Shown: positions 51,269 through 60,615, counted from the stretch's first letter. The stretch is 64,000 nt of DNA from Candidatus Kerfeldbacteria bacterium (GCA_903825245.1 CAIJZX010000012.1:12059-76058), one strand, 5' to 3'. Notes: generated by a model from the sequence alone, not told the origin. A program made the numbers and translations.

Positions 51269-51336
51269 TTCCCCGGCTTCGCCACCCCTCCCGACTTCGG
51301 GAGGGGTTGTCCGGTTTCAGCCGGACGGGGTGGGAA
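51269..51336. repeat. GC-rich four-way-junction palindromic element
   Basis: Three perfect hairpins closed by CCCC/GGGG. Confidence 0.65.
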
Positions 51337-51341
51337 AGTGG

Positions 51342-52046
51342 TTAGAATTTATAATACCCTCGAAAGCGATTGTTAAAAATTTTTAAGAGGTCGAGTAAGG
51401 TTGTCAGGTACGCCGATGTTCGCACGGTACTTCGTTCATCGTTCGCCCATTGCACCGGCACCTCAATAATCGAACGTCCGGCCAGGCGAGCCAGGTACAA
51501 AATTTCAAAATCGTACCCCCATCTGTTTAGTCGTTGCTGTTCAAATAATGGAATCGTACGACGAGAGAACAACTTGAACCCACACTGCGTATCGGCAATA
51601 CCGGGCGCAATGAGAAGTTGAATGAGCCAATTCCCCGCTCGGCCGAGAAATTCCTTCCACCTTGCCTGGTGATGCGTTACTTCCGCGCCGGCAACGCGCC
51701 GAGAACCAAGAACAATATCAGCATCATGACGTCGTGCCCAGAGTTTTTCCATGTCACCGATCGGCGTGGAGAGATCGGCATCGCACAAGTACCGCCACTC
51801 GCCTTCGGCTGCCACCATCCCGGTGCGAACCGCCGCGCCTTTACCCATATTTTTTGGAAATTGAATGAGCCGGATCGGCATCGACGCCTGTCGAACAACG
51901 TCAGCGGTCGTATCGATTGATCCATCATCAACCACAATCACCTCGGTTACCCGACTGTCATCACGAAGATAGTCGGCAATAACTGACAATGTCTTCGGTA
52001 ACCGCTTGGCCTCGTTAAAGGCCGGAATGACAATCGATAAATCCAT
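51342..52046 (-). CDS. Dolichyl/polyprenyl-phosphate beta-glucosyltransferase-like GT2
   Basis: PAFNEAKRL, GKGAAVRTG, DADLST, DTQCGFKLF. Confidence 0.9.
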   Translation of the reverse strand: MDLSIVIPAFNEAKRLPKTLSVIADYLRDDSRVTEVIVVDDGSIDTTADVVRQASMPIRLIQFPKNMGKGAAVRTGMVAAEGEWRYLCDADLSTPIGDMEKLWARRHDADIVLGSRRVAGAEVTHHQARWKEFLGRAGNWLIQLLIAPGIADTQCGFKLFSRRTIPLFEQQRLNRWGYDFEILYLARLAGRSIIEVPVQWANDERSTVRTSAYLTTLLDLLKIFNNRFRGYYKF

Positions 52047-52060
52047 AAGATAACAGAAAT

Positions 52061-52089
52061 ACTATACTAAAAAACTGCGGTTCTTGCAA
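52061..52089 (-). promoter_or_regulatory. Promoter for the minus-strand arm of the glycan locus
   Basis: TTGCAA-17 bp-TATAGT. Confidence 0.6.
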
Positions 52090-52116
52090 GTCGGCTTTTC
52101 TGTCATTACTGGCATA

Positions 52117-52548
52117 TTATCCGGGTAATCCCTGTGGTGGTCGACGAAAAGCCCAAAATCGAATACCAGCAAAATTCCAAAAAAGCACAATGACCACCGC
52201 CGCCGCCTTCGCGAGAAGTAATTGCAGGCCAAATCGATGCACAAACATCCACAATAAAGCATCGCTGAGAACCAGACCGATAATATTAACGATAAAAAAC
52301 TTCACTGTCTCGGCGCGCCAATTCTTATTATCACTGCTAAACGTCCACCGTCTATTCATCAAGTAACTATTCGTCACCGCAATACTAAATGATAATGTAT
52401 TCGCTAAAATTTCTGGTATATGTAACAGATAATGAAATGCCGATAGCAAAGCAATATCAATACCCGTATTCAACATGCCCACAATACCAAACTTTATAAA
52501 TTGACGAACTATCGGTCGACGAAGTAGTACGGCTATTTTTTGTGCCAT
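52117..52548 (-). CDS. GtrA-family lipid-linked sugar flippase
   Basis: QFIKFGIVGMLNTGID, NRRWTF, four TMs. Confidence 0.9.
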   Translation of the reverse strand: MAQKIAVLLRRPIVRQFIKFGIVGMLNTGIDIALLSAFHYLLHIPEILANTLSFSIAVTNSYLMNRRWTFSSDNKNWRAETVKFFIVNIIGLVLSDALLWMFVHRFGLQLLLAKAAAVVIVLFWNFAGIRFWAFRRPPQGLPG

Positions 52549-52549
52549 A

Positions 52550-54979
52550 TCAGTTGAGAAGAATTCCGAGTGATTGCATTGTTGTACCAGATACTGTGAG
52601 GCGCTGAAGCAAGGTTCCGGTTGGTGACCACGACCGAATATTTGTAGCACCGTGCTGGAGACTAGTCAGTAACTCCACTTTCCCATCACCGGTCAAATCA
52701 ATGACTTGGAGATCAATAGCGGAGGACGTTGAAAAACCTGATACCTTCAAGGACCGAATTTCGTGACCCGTCCCTGACAATACCAAGATCTTGTGCGTAC
52801 TCGCGCTAATATTCGGCGTGGCCAGTATTTCCGCCGTTCCATCGCCATCAATATCACCGACTGCGATATTCCAACCTTGCGTAAATGTAGCACCACGCGG
52901 CTGGAAACTTGCAAGACGTTGGCGCTGGGTCGAATAGATAGCGATTGACGGACCGGTTACTTCGGACACAATGAGTTCGGCCTGACCATCACCATTCACA
53001 TCACCAACGGCGACATGAACACCACCATGATAATGAGCAAAGGGAAGATTCGTGCCCAATTTTCTTCCGTCCGCCGTATACCAAGCAATGGAGGCGCCCG
53101 ATGAAGCCATCGCCGCCACAATCAACGATGTGCCATCCGTTTGCGGCACCGTTACCGCGTTTATACCACCTGCATACGACAATCCAAAAGGCAGAAACTT
53201 TTTTACTATCCGTCCGCTCGTATCGGCTAAGGATAACCATGAGCCAGCATTCGCTTGACTGAGGAGCACGTAGTTTCGTTGACCAGCTACTAAGACGCCA
53301 CCCATAATATTAGTAATCACAGTCGTCGACGAAAGATTGAGTGTTTTCGTCATAACCAATTTTGGCGATACCAACTGTATTGTTGAGCCGCTGCTATGCA
53401 AGATCGTCGGCGGTTGATAACGATATGCCGTTGTACTAGCGATCGAAACTCGACCCAACACATCGATAGCCGACACTGATAGGGTGTAGTTGCCCGGCGA
53501 TGTAATTGTCGGAACGTATGAACTCCCGGTCTGATTGACCGTCGTTACCACTGTTGTATCTTTGCTCCACGTAATTGCATAGGATATAACTCCCGCATCA
53601 CCCTGCCAGGTGAACTGTGGATGCGTGTATGGTTGATTCCAATTATTTTGCAAGGCAACAGTTGATAGCGTCGAGGAAAAAGTGTGTATCGCGCTGACTG
53701 GCGAAGGTGCAGTCGATTGACAAGCTACGTGCATTGCTAGCGCGGCATCGACCTCACCATAGCCAAATCGTGGGTCCGGACCGACTACGCCTAAATCATC
53801 TGCAGTCGAAGTTAGCACCGCCTTGATAGAGTTTCCGGCAATACCACACGATTCGAGTAGCGCTGCAACGGCGCTGACATGCGCCGCCGCTTGCGAGGTG
53901 CCGACATAAAACATAGCAGAAAAACTGGTTAACGTTTTATCCGTCCAGGTTTGTGCCAAGATGCCGTCTGGTTGGCCATCATGATTCTGATCAACATCCA
54001 TATTACCGCCCGGCGCCACCAAGTCTAACCGACTACCATAATTAGAATACGGCGCCAACGTTTCATCATATTGCACCGCGCCGACACTAATCACTTCCGG
54101 ATAGCTCGCCGGATACGTCACCGTTCCGACACCACTATTGCCGGCGGCACCAATGACAACGACGCCGTGAGCCACGGCATTTTGAATCGCCTGGTGAAAA
54201 ATCGTATCATCATTGTCCCCGCCGAGACTGAGGTTGATAATATTTGCGCCATGAGCAACAGCATAATCAACCGCCGCCGTTAGGGAAACGGTCGTACCAT
54301 CACCGTTCGTGTCTAAAACTTTCAACGGCATAATCGTTACATTACTGGCAATACCTGCGGCGGCGATACCATTGTTCAAACCGGCCGCGATAATATTGGC
54401 GATGTGCGTTCCGTGACCATTGTCATCGGCTGGTCGTGGCGTTGAATTGATAAAATTCCAACCATGAACATCATCAATGTACCCGTCGTGGTCATTATCA
54501 ATGCCGTCACCAGGAATTTCTGCTGTGTTTTTCCAGATCGACGATGAACTCAAATCAGGAACTGACTGTGCGCTCCCCGTTTCGGTCATCGCCACACCCG
54601 TATCAAGTACTGCCACCACAATTTTTGGATCACCGCCGTAGAGCGGTGGCGTTTGATCAATGTCCCACGCCGTCGGTACATGCATGGTTTGCAAATCCCA
54701 CTGAAGCGAATATTGCGGATCATTCGGCACAAACAGCGAATGATAGTGAATATTTAACTGCACCGATTTCCGTTCAGCCGCCGATAAATCTCCAGCCGCC
54801 GCAAGTGAAGAAAGTATGCGAATTCCTTCGGCGCTCGAATTGTTTTGACCAAATTGGTGGAACGATGGCGTTTTTGCGGCCGGATCAGATCGATAGATAT
54901 ATTGCGAAGAAGCAAAAACAACTTGGCTCATGCCTAACCCAGCAATAACTGCGGCTACCAACGACCATCGCCGGCTCAT
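52550..54979 (-). CDS. Secreted S8 subtilisin-like protease with C-terminal FG-GAP-like repeats
   Basis: Triad motifs VLDTG, GHGTH, GTS. GDVNGDG, GDIDGDG and DLTGDG repeats. Signal peptide. Confidence 0.9.
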   Translation of the reverse strand: MSRRWSLVAAVIAGLGMSQVVFASSQYIYRSDPAAKTPSFHQFGQNNSSAEGIRILSSLAAAGDLSAAERKSVQLNIHYHSLFVPNDPQYSLQWDLQTMHVPTAWDIDQTPPLYGGDPKIVVAVLDTGVAMTETGSAQSVPDLSSSSIWKNTAEIPGDGIDNDHDGYIDDVHGWNFINSTPRPADDNGHGTHIANIIAAGLNNGIAAAGIASNVTIMPLKVLDTNGDGTTVSLTAAVDYAVAHGANIINLSLGGDNDDTIFHQAIQNAVAHGVVVIGAAGNSGVGTVTYPASYPEVISVGAVQYDETLAPYSNYGSRLDLVAPGGNMDVDQNHDGQPDGILAQTWTDKTLTSFSAMFYVGTSQAAAHVSAVAALLESCGIAGNSIKAVLTSTADDLGVVGPDPRFGYGEVDAALAMHVACQSTAPSPVSAIHTFSSTLSTVALQNNWNQPYTHPQFTWQGDAGVISYAITWSKDTTVVTTVNQTGSSYVPTITSPGNYTLSVSAIDVLGRVSIASTTAYRYQPPTILHSSGSTIQLVSPKLVMTKTLNLSSTTVITNIMGGVLVAGQRNYVLLSQANAGSWLSLADTSGRIVKKFLPFGLSYAGGINAVTVPQTDGTSLIVAAMASSGASIAWYTADGRKLGTNLPFAHYHGGVHVAVGDVNGDGQAELIVSEVTGPSIAIYSTQRQRLASFQPRGATFTQGWNIAVGDIDGDGTAEILATPNISASTHKILVLSGTGHEIRSLKVSGFSTSSAIDLQVIDLTGDGKVELLTSLQHGATNIRSWSPTGTLLQRLTVSGTTMQSLGILLN

Positions 54980-56127
54980 AAACCGGACGTGCCCAGCTTC
55001 GCGGTCAATTCTTTAGTCGTTCCCTGACGAAGGATGCCTATTTTCAATGCATCACCAGGTTGGTACTTCGACACAAGTGAAAAAATATCCGCCGTCACTG
55101 CTTGCCCGTCAAGCTCAGTAATGATATCGCCCGATTGCACTCCGGCCTTATCTGCTGGACCTTTGGCGACAACGGCCGTTTGCCCTGTTTCCGCGCCAAC
55201 CAGTAAGCCCGTCGCGTTCGGATCACTCATACTCGTCGCGGCCGAAAGGTTCAAGGCGCTAATGCCAAGCGTCGGCCGGTGAATCGCTCCCGTTTGCACG
55301 ACTTGTTTGACTGCATCGGCAATCGATGTAATTGGCCACACTCGGCTCTCAGAACCTACAATACCAACTAGTTTTCCGTCGACATCGACCACGGCTGAAC
55401 CAACTGGCACAGTGACGGTTGCATCCAAACTCCAGGTCGTACTATAGTGATCACTCGACTGCCATCGCGGCGATTGCGCACTGACCAGTTGCCGAGAGAA
55501 AGCGGTTGTTGTGGTTACGATCCAAACCCGCTGACCAGCCTTCAATTCAGATGAGACTAACGATACCGGATTTGCCGAGATATCTGAGGTTTTTAAAAAA
55601 ACAAATGGCGTAGCCGGATCAACCACTGTTGCAGTTACCGCCTGTGGCTGACCAACAAGTGGAACGACGACAACACTTTTCACATCCGTCGGCCAAGCGC
55701 CGCTCAGCGACACCAACCAACCAGCACTATTCAGTGGCCAAGCAAAACCGCTAATATCACTGGACGCATAAATTCCTTTCGCTCCCAGGTTCTGTGCAAG
55801 ACCATACCCAGCATTTACAAAGGCTTGTACGCCGGTGGGAATTGCCACTGGGATGTCTTTTGTTTGCTGGATAACCGTCGTTGTGGTCATGGTGGAAAAC
55901 GGTGCAAATCTCGCTAGCCACGAATCCGGATATCGATGTACCGCCCAACCGAGGCCAGTGACAATCACCACGCTCATCGCTAACGATAGCACAACAACAA
56001 TGAGCGCCATTTTTCCCCACGGCGTTCGGGCTGGTTGCTGCATCTGCCCTTCTTCAGCCCACACTTTCGCCATCGCGTCTTGAGTGGTTCGTGCTTTTGG
56101 AGATGTTGGTGAGGTTCGTGGTTGCAT
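54976..56127 (-). CDS. HtrA-like trypsin-fold/PDZ protein, catalytically degenerate
   Basis: TM, VVDVDGKLVGI, RPTLG, PDZ segment GPADKAGVQSGDII. Confidence 0.75.
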   Translation of the reverse strand: MQPRTSPTSPKARTTQDAMAKVWAEEGQMQQPARTPWGKMALIVVVLSLAMSVVIVTGLGWAVHRYPDSWLARFAPFSTMTTTTVIQQTKDIPVAIPTGVQAFVNAGYGLAQNLGAKGIYASSDISGFAWPLNSAGWLVSLSGAWPTDVKSVVVVPLVGQPQAVTATVVDPATPFVFLKTSDISANPVSLVSSELKAGQRVWIVTTTTAFSRQLVSAQSPRWQSSDHYSTTWSLDATVTVPVGSAVVDVDGKLVGIVGSESRVWPITSIADAVKQVVQTGAIHRPTLGISALNLSAATSMSDPNATGLLVGAETGQTAVVAKGPADKAGVQSGDIITELDGQAVTADIFSLVSKYQPGDALKIGILRQGTTKELTAKLGTSGL

Positions 56128-56135
56128 AATTATAG

Positions 56136-56900
56136 TTATATCCAACGTGCAGTAAGAAGTAAAATGGCAGTGATAACAATGCCAACTACCAAGTACCGCC
56201 GCGAACGTCCCGGCTCCCAATACCCTTTCCACAAATGACGACTCGCTTGAATAAGCAGCGCCATGATTGTCGTGGCGATTGCACTACCAACCAAAATTGA
56301 CGTCGGCAACCACCAGGTAACGATATATAGTTCCGCACCAAACCAGGCCATCACCAATAATCCAATTCTAAAAACACGAAAAGCAATCCCCGACTCTAAC
56401 CATACTAATAACGCGGCTAAGGCGGATATCATCGATGCCGCGAGTACCATCCACACCAACTGTAAATTAAGATAAATTGAAGCACTGATTAAGCTGTACC
56501 AAAACAACCACAGCAACACCGCCGTTACCATAGCCATTGTCCGGCCGCGTAAATCATCATGAATCCGTAACCGTTGTAAACCAACGAGCCATAGCAGAAC
56601 GACACTCAGAGCGGCAATGGCGTGTTGCGGCCACGGACCAGGAACAAAGACGATACCGCCAAGTGTAGCGATAATGATGAGTGAACTGGCTAGGGCGGCT
56701 ACATTCGTCGACCATCCGCGTCGCCATTGAAGAAACGATACGATAAATAACAGTACCGCGATACCCGCGGCAATATACAAACCAACGATGTGATCGCGGA
56801 TAGCCAATTCCAAGGCGGTAAACCAAATCACAACCTCGACGATCATCGTCCAGGGAATCACCACCGTATTTTTTTCCAGCGGTGTTTGCTCAATATCCAT
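56136..56900 (-). CDS. Multi-pass membrane protein
   Basis: About 8-9 hydrophobic segments, operon context. Confidence 0.75.
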   Translation of the reverse strand: MDIEQTPLEKNTVVIPWTMIVEVVIWFTALELAIRDHIVGLYIAAGIAVLLFIVSFLQWRRGWSTNVAALASSLIIIATLGGIVFVPGPWPQHAIAALSVVLLWLVGLQRLRIHDDLRGRTMAMVTAVLLWLFWYSLISASIYLNLQLVWMVLAASMISALAALLVWLESGIAFRVFRIGLLVMAWFGAELYIVTWWLPTSILVGSAIATTIMALLIQASRHLWKGYWEPGRSRRYLVVGIVITAILLLTARWI

Positions 56901-56915
56901 AGGCGGAAGCATAGC

Positions 56916-57091
56916 AAAAAAACCGACGTTCGGCAATCGGGTTCACCCAAAGATCGAAGGGCCAGCGGAGCCAACGGATACATGAGCTCACTGAGCAATG
57001 AACACCTGGTGAGGATGTTGTAATCATTACTCGGGAGTTCCCATAATGGTTTTGGTACCCGGGACGCTGATTCTTCGATCTCTGAGTAAAT
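56916..57091 (-). ncRNA. Rod-shaped ncRNA, candidate 6S RNA
   Basis: 18-bp terminal helix plus nested helices, tandem sigma70 promoters and a U-tract terminator. Confidence 0.6.
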
Positions 57092-57095
57092 TGTT

Positions 57096-57190
57096 ATGGT
57101 ACAAGAAACTACCTGTGCCCGCAAAATGCGTCAGGCATGTGAGAAAAAATGTACTACTGCAAGTGTAACCTCTTACCTGGGACGCGTCAA
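57096..57190 (-). promoter_or_regulatory. Tandem promoters upstream of the ncRNA
   Basis: TTGACG-17-TACACT (57190-57162) and TTGCGG-17-TACCAT (57124-57096). Confidence 0.65.
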
Positions 57191-57218
57191 GCTGATTTGT
57201 ACACAGGAAACGCTTTTT

Positions 57219-58097
57219 TCACGACGCTATATATAGCCTTCCGTTTCGTTCAACAACCAATCCTTCGACCACAAGCAGATCCATGAGTCGCACAACGCGT
57301 TTTTTATCCACTACCTTCATTCGTTGTAAAGATGCAATTAATGCCATTCGCGGTACTGAACCTTGCTCTATGACATGTTTGATAATCTGACCACGTAAGT
57401 ATCGGTCACTATCCTGAAATTTTACTGAAGATACTTTCTTCATCCGGTTTTGATCGAGAATGGCCGGATACGCTCGGCAATAATTTTTCATCGGACACGT
57501 TTTACATTTCGGACTTCTGCTCGTGCATACGGCCGAACCAAAATCCATTAGTGCCGCATTCCAATCAGAACTTTTTCCACGTGGCAAAATATGTTCTACA
57601 ACTTCATCAAGTTCAGATTGTTCCGTTGCACGTATACCAAAAAATATCCGCGACATGACACGACGAACGTTCGTATCGATAACAGCTGTATCAACGTTAT
57701 AGGAGAAACTGGCCACTGCGCGGGCGGTGTATGGACCGAAACCGGGCAACGACTCTAATTCAGCAATATCGCGCGGCCACTTACCACCAAATCGTTCCAT
57801 CACCGCCCGCGCCGAATCACGCAATCGCTTCGCTCGCGAATTATAACCAAGTCCTGACCAAAGTTTCAATACATCATGGAGTGGCGCTTCCGCCAAAGAT
57901 TTCGTCGTCGGCCACGCCTGTCGCCAGGCGAGATATTTCGGCTTGACGCGATCCACTTGCGTTTGCTGGAGCATAACTTCAGACACGGCAATCAAATACG
58001 GATCGTGTGTTCGTCGCCAAGGCAAATCACGACGGTTATTTCCAAACCACCGTAACAGCGTTGAGCACACACGTCGCGTTGTCGGCTTCGTTTTCAC
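57219..58097 (-). CDS. mutY: A/G-specific adenine glycosylase (short form)
   Basis: RDLPWR, SEVMLQQT, GLGYNSR, LPGFGPYTA, DTNVRR and the Fe-S motif CTSRSPKCKTCPMKNYC. Confidence 0.9.
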   Translation of the reverse strand: MKTKPTTRRVCSTLLRWFGNNRRDLPWRRTHDPYLIAVSEVMLQQTQVDRVKPKYLAWRQAWPTTKSLAEAPLHDVLKLWSGLGYNSRAKRLRDSARAVMERFGGKWPRDIAELESLPGFGPYTARAVASFSYNVDTAVIDTNVRRVMSRIFFGIRATEQSELDEVVEHILPRGKSSDWNAALMDFGSAVCTSRSPKCKTCPMKNYCRAYPAILDQNRMKKVSSVKFQDSDRYLRGQIIKHVIEQGSVPRMALIASLQRMKVVDKKRVVRLMDLLVVEGLVVERNGRLYIAS

Positions 58098-58103
58098 GCG
58101 TCG

Positions 58104-59309
58104 TTACTTCCCGAGAATCGCATTGAGGATCTTCATCCGCGTCACAAAGATCGCCGGTATTAAACCGGATATCAGCGCCACTAACATAATCGCTTCCGCG
58201 CGTAAAATGTAGTCGGTTGGATTGATGACGAGCACCGCATCACAAATCGGTAAGACGAACGGATGAATTTGGAAGTATGGTACGATAATGCCGAAGAATA
58301 ACGCAGTTCCAACCAAGACACCGGCAAATGAATAGACCGCCGATTGTAAGACGTAGGCCATGCGGATAATCCACGGCTTTATTCCTATTGCACGGAGAAT
58401 ACCGATTTGTCGCTTCTTATTCGTGATGTCGATATAAATGACGATAAAAATGGTAATGGCCGCGATTAAAATTCCGACGAAGGAAATAATGACATTGATG
58501 CTTAAGAAGCTCTTCGTAACAGATTTAATTAGTCCAGCCGCATCATGCCAGGTATCAAACGTACCTTGCACACCATTAGCTTTCAAGGCGGCAATCGTCG
58601 CGTCTTCACGCCCGGTTTTATTGATCCGCACCAATATGGACGTAGCCTTATCGGTCAAGGTCGGCGCCAATTCTTTCAACGCCGCTTCGGACACAAAGAT
58701 ACGCGAATCGGCATTGACGAACTTTGTATTAAAAATACCACGAATAGTAAAGGTCTTCGTGCCGGTCGGCATAATCAGTTCCAACGTTTCACCAACGTGC
58801 GCACCTTTGAATGATGTGGAGTTCAGCTCCACGTCCGGTCCGCCGGCAACCTGAATGCCAATCATCACACCGTCGGTATCATTTGCGCTCAGGTACTTTC
58901 CCTCAATCATGTGTGTCGAAATATCCGACACCGTTTTTTCATCATTCGGATTGATCGCGAGTATTGGCCGACTGAGGTGAAGCGTCTTGTAGTGCAATGT
59001 CGCAGATACTTGTGTTTGAGCACTCGCACCAACAACGTTTGTCGTTCGTCGGATTGTTGCCACCACATTACTAGCGTTGCCAATATAATCCTGATTCGTT
59101 AGCGGATTTACAATAACGTGGCCGGTCAACGCATTAATGATTTGATTATTACTGCCGTCGACAATACCGTTGAACAACGACGTGATGAACACTAAATTAA
59201 TGAAGGCAATCGCCATCAGAAAAATCGTTAAACTCAATGTCCACTTGTTACTGCGCGTGATGAAGCGCCAGATAAGGAAGAACGGGATTTTCAGTTCATT
59301 CCGCTTCAT
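58104..59309 (-). CDS. ABC transporter permease (FtsX/MacB/LolE-like)
   Basis: TM, large extracellular domain, QIGILRAIG, three further TMs. Confidence 0.88.
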   Translation of the reverse strand: MKRNELKIPFFLIWRFITRSNKWTLSLTIFLMAIAFINLVFITSLFNGIVDGSNNQIINALTGHVIVNPLTNQDYIGNASNVVATIRRTTNVVGASAQTQVSATLHYKTLHLSRPILAINPNDEKTVSDISTHMIEGKYLSANDTDGVMIGIQVAGGPDVELNSTSFKGAHVGETLELIMPTGTKTFTIRGIFNTKFVNADSRIFVSEAALKELAPTLTDKATSILVRINKTGREDATIAALKANGVQGTFDTWHDAAGLIKSVTKSFLSINVIISFVGILIAAITIFIVIYIDITNKKRQIGILRAIGIKPWIIRMAYVLQSAVYSFAGVLVGTALFFGIIVPYFQIHPFVLPICDAVLVINPTDYILRAEAIMLVALISGLIPAIFVTRMKILNAILGK

Positions 59310-60001
59310 ACATTCCTCCGTTCATCACGCACAACTTTTCCGTCGGCCATCTCTACCAATCGATTGGCATGGATCGTCTCATCTTGTTCATGTGTCACCA
59401 TCACAATCGTGTGCCCGGCATCACGATTGAGGTGACGAAAAATACCGAGCACCTCCTTCGCCGCCACCGAATCAAGGTTCGCCGTCGGTTCATCAGCAAA
59501 CAAAATCATTGGATCATTGATCAATGCGCGAGCGATCGCGATTTTCTGTTGTTGGCCACCAGAAAGCTGACTTGGTAAATGCGTCGCATGATCTTCAAGG
59601 CCGAATTGCTTCAACATAGCCAAGGCTTTTTCCTTCGCTGCCTTAAACGACCCGAGCATCATCGCCGGCAACATGATATTTTCCAAAGCCGACAATTCTG
59701 CGATCAATGCATACTCTTGAAAAATATATCCGAGTTTCTGTAGTCGTAATTCGGTTCGCTCATACTTCTTCAACTTCGTTACATCGTGACCATTGATGAT
59801 AATTTCACCACTATCCGGTCGATCGAGAACAGCCAGGTTATGCATCAACGTCGACTTCCCTGCCCCGTTGCGTCCGGTAATCACGACGAAATCACCACGA
59901 TTGATATCAATGGTAACGTGCTCCAACGCATGTACAGAAACCTCGCCCAGATGGTAGGTTTTCGTCAGATCCTTAGCGATAATGAGCGACGATATGTCCA
60001 T
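59306..60001 (-). CDS. ABC transporter ATP-binding protein (LolD-like)
   Basis: GRNGAGKST, LSGGQQQ, ADEPTANLD, VTH. Confidence 0.93.
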   Translation of the reverse strand: MDISSLIIAKDLTKTYHLGEVSVHALEHVTIDINRGDFVVITGRNGAGKSTLMHNLAVLDRPDSGEIIINGHDVTKLKKYERTELRLQKLGYIFQEYALIAELSALENIMLPAMMLGSFKAAKEKALAMLKQFGLEDHATHLPSQLSGGQQQKIAIARALINDPMILFADEPTANLDSVAAKEVLGIFRHLNRDAGHTIVMVTHEQDETIHANRLVEMADGKVVRDERRNV

Positions 60002-60054
60002 ATTTTCTTCGCCCTGAAGTGTAGCCGTCTTAGACATAATAATCAAGACATGAC

Positions 60055-60090
60055 AAACCAAAAACCCACCTTGCGGTGGGCTCGTGGTTT
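60055..60090 (-). terminator. Intrinsic terminator
   Basis: CCCACC-GCAA-GGTGGG then TTTTT. Confidence 0.75.
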
Positions 60091-60097
60091 AAAATCC

Positions 60098-60301
60098 TTA
60101 GTAGCGTCGTGGGCGATCATTACCGAACGCTTTGCGTTGCGGTTTGTGCTCGCGGCAGTACACTGGACGTTGCGGGGTCCCGTCTGGGTTCATGGCCGGT
60201 TGAAACGGAAGCTCGGTGATGGCCGTGCCACAAGTGGCGCAGGTCAAATTCAACGAGGTTACGTCGATCATCGGTCGGGGACCGCCTTGGTTGTAATCCA
60301 T
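60098..60301 (-). CDS. Small zinc-ribbon protein (CxxC-x17-CxxC-like)
   Basis: CATCG...ELPFQP...RPVYCREH. Confidence 0.8.
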   Translation of the reverse strand: MDYNQGGPRPMIDVTSLNLTCATCGTAITELPFQPAMNPDGTPQRPVYCREHKPQRKAFGNDRPRRY

Positions 60302-60420
60302 GGTGGGCTTTTCGTGATGTGAATGAAGTGTGGGTCGACTTCGAAAGCCCGTTGTACTGCGTCTTGATCCGGCTCGGCCGGATAATCTGCGTTCGTAGCT
60401 TCTTTGTCCCAACGCGGGCA

Positions 60421-60449
60421 AGGATAGCAGAAGACGTGATTTTTGTCAA
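60421..60449 (-). promoter_or_regulatory. Promoter of the zinc-ribbon gene
   Basis: TTGACA-17 bp-TATCCT with an extended TG. Confidence 0.7.
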
Positions 60450-60571
60450 CCCCCATACCAATTTGGGGCAATCATATGGCTTTCGAAGCCATTTTTGAAC
60501 CTCTAAAGCATTTTATAAAAAACCCTTTTCGGTCAATTGGTGTGGAGGTCAATAGCTGAGGGTTTTTGGGG

Positions 60572-60599
60572 AAAGAAAAACCGCCATGTTGCCATAGCG
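60572..60599 (-). terminator. Intrinsic terminator
   Basis: CGCTATG-GCAA-CATGGCG then GTTTTTCTTT. Confidence 0.7.
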
Positions 60600-60615
60600 A
60601 ATACTTATTTTATGA

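Noticed and set aside
51269-51336. tRNA call for the cloverleaf
   Set aside because: No TTCRA T-loop, D-loop GG or 7-bp acceptor stem, and the arm lengths are wrong.
56858-57124. 88-aa minus-strand ORF
   Set aside because: TTG start with no SD or recognisable domain. It coincides with the promoter, RNA rod and terminator.
60518-60566. AAAAACCCT/AGGGTTTTT inverted repeat enclosing two GGTCAAT copies
   Set aside because: Short and low-complexity, with no correctly spaced -10, transposase or target duplication.
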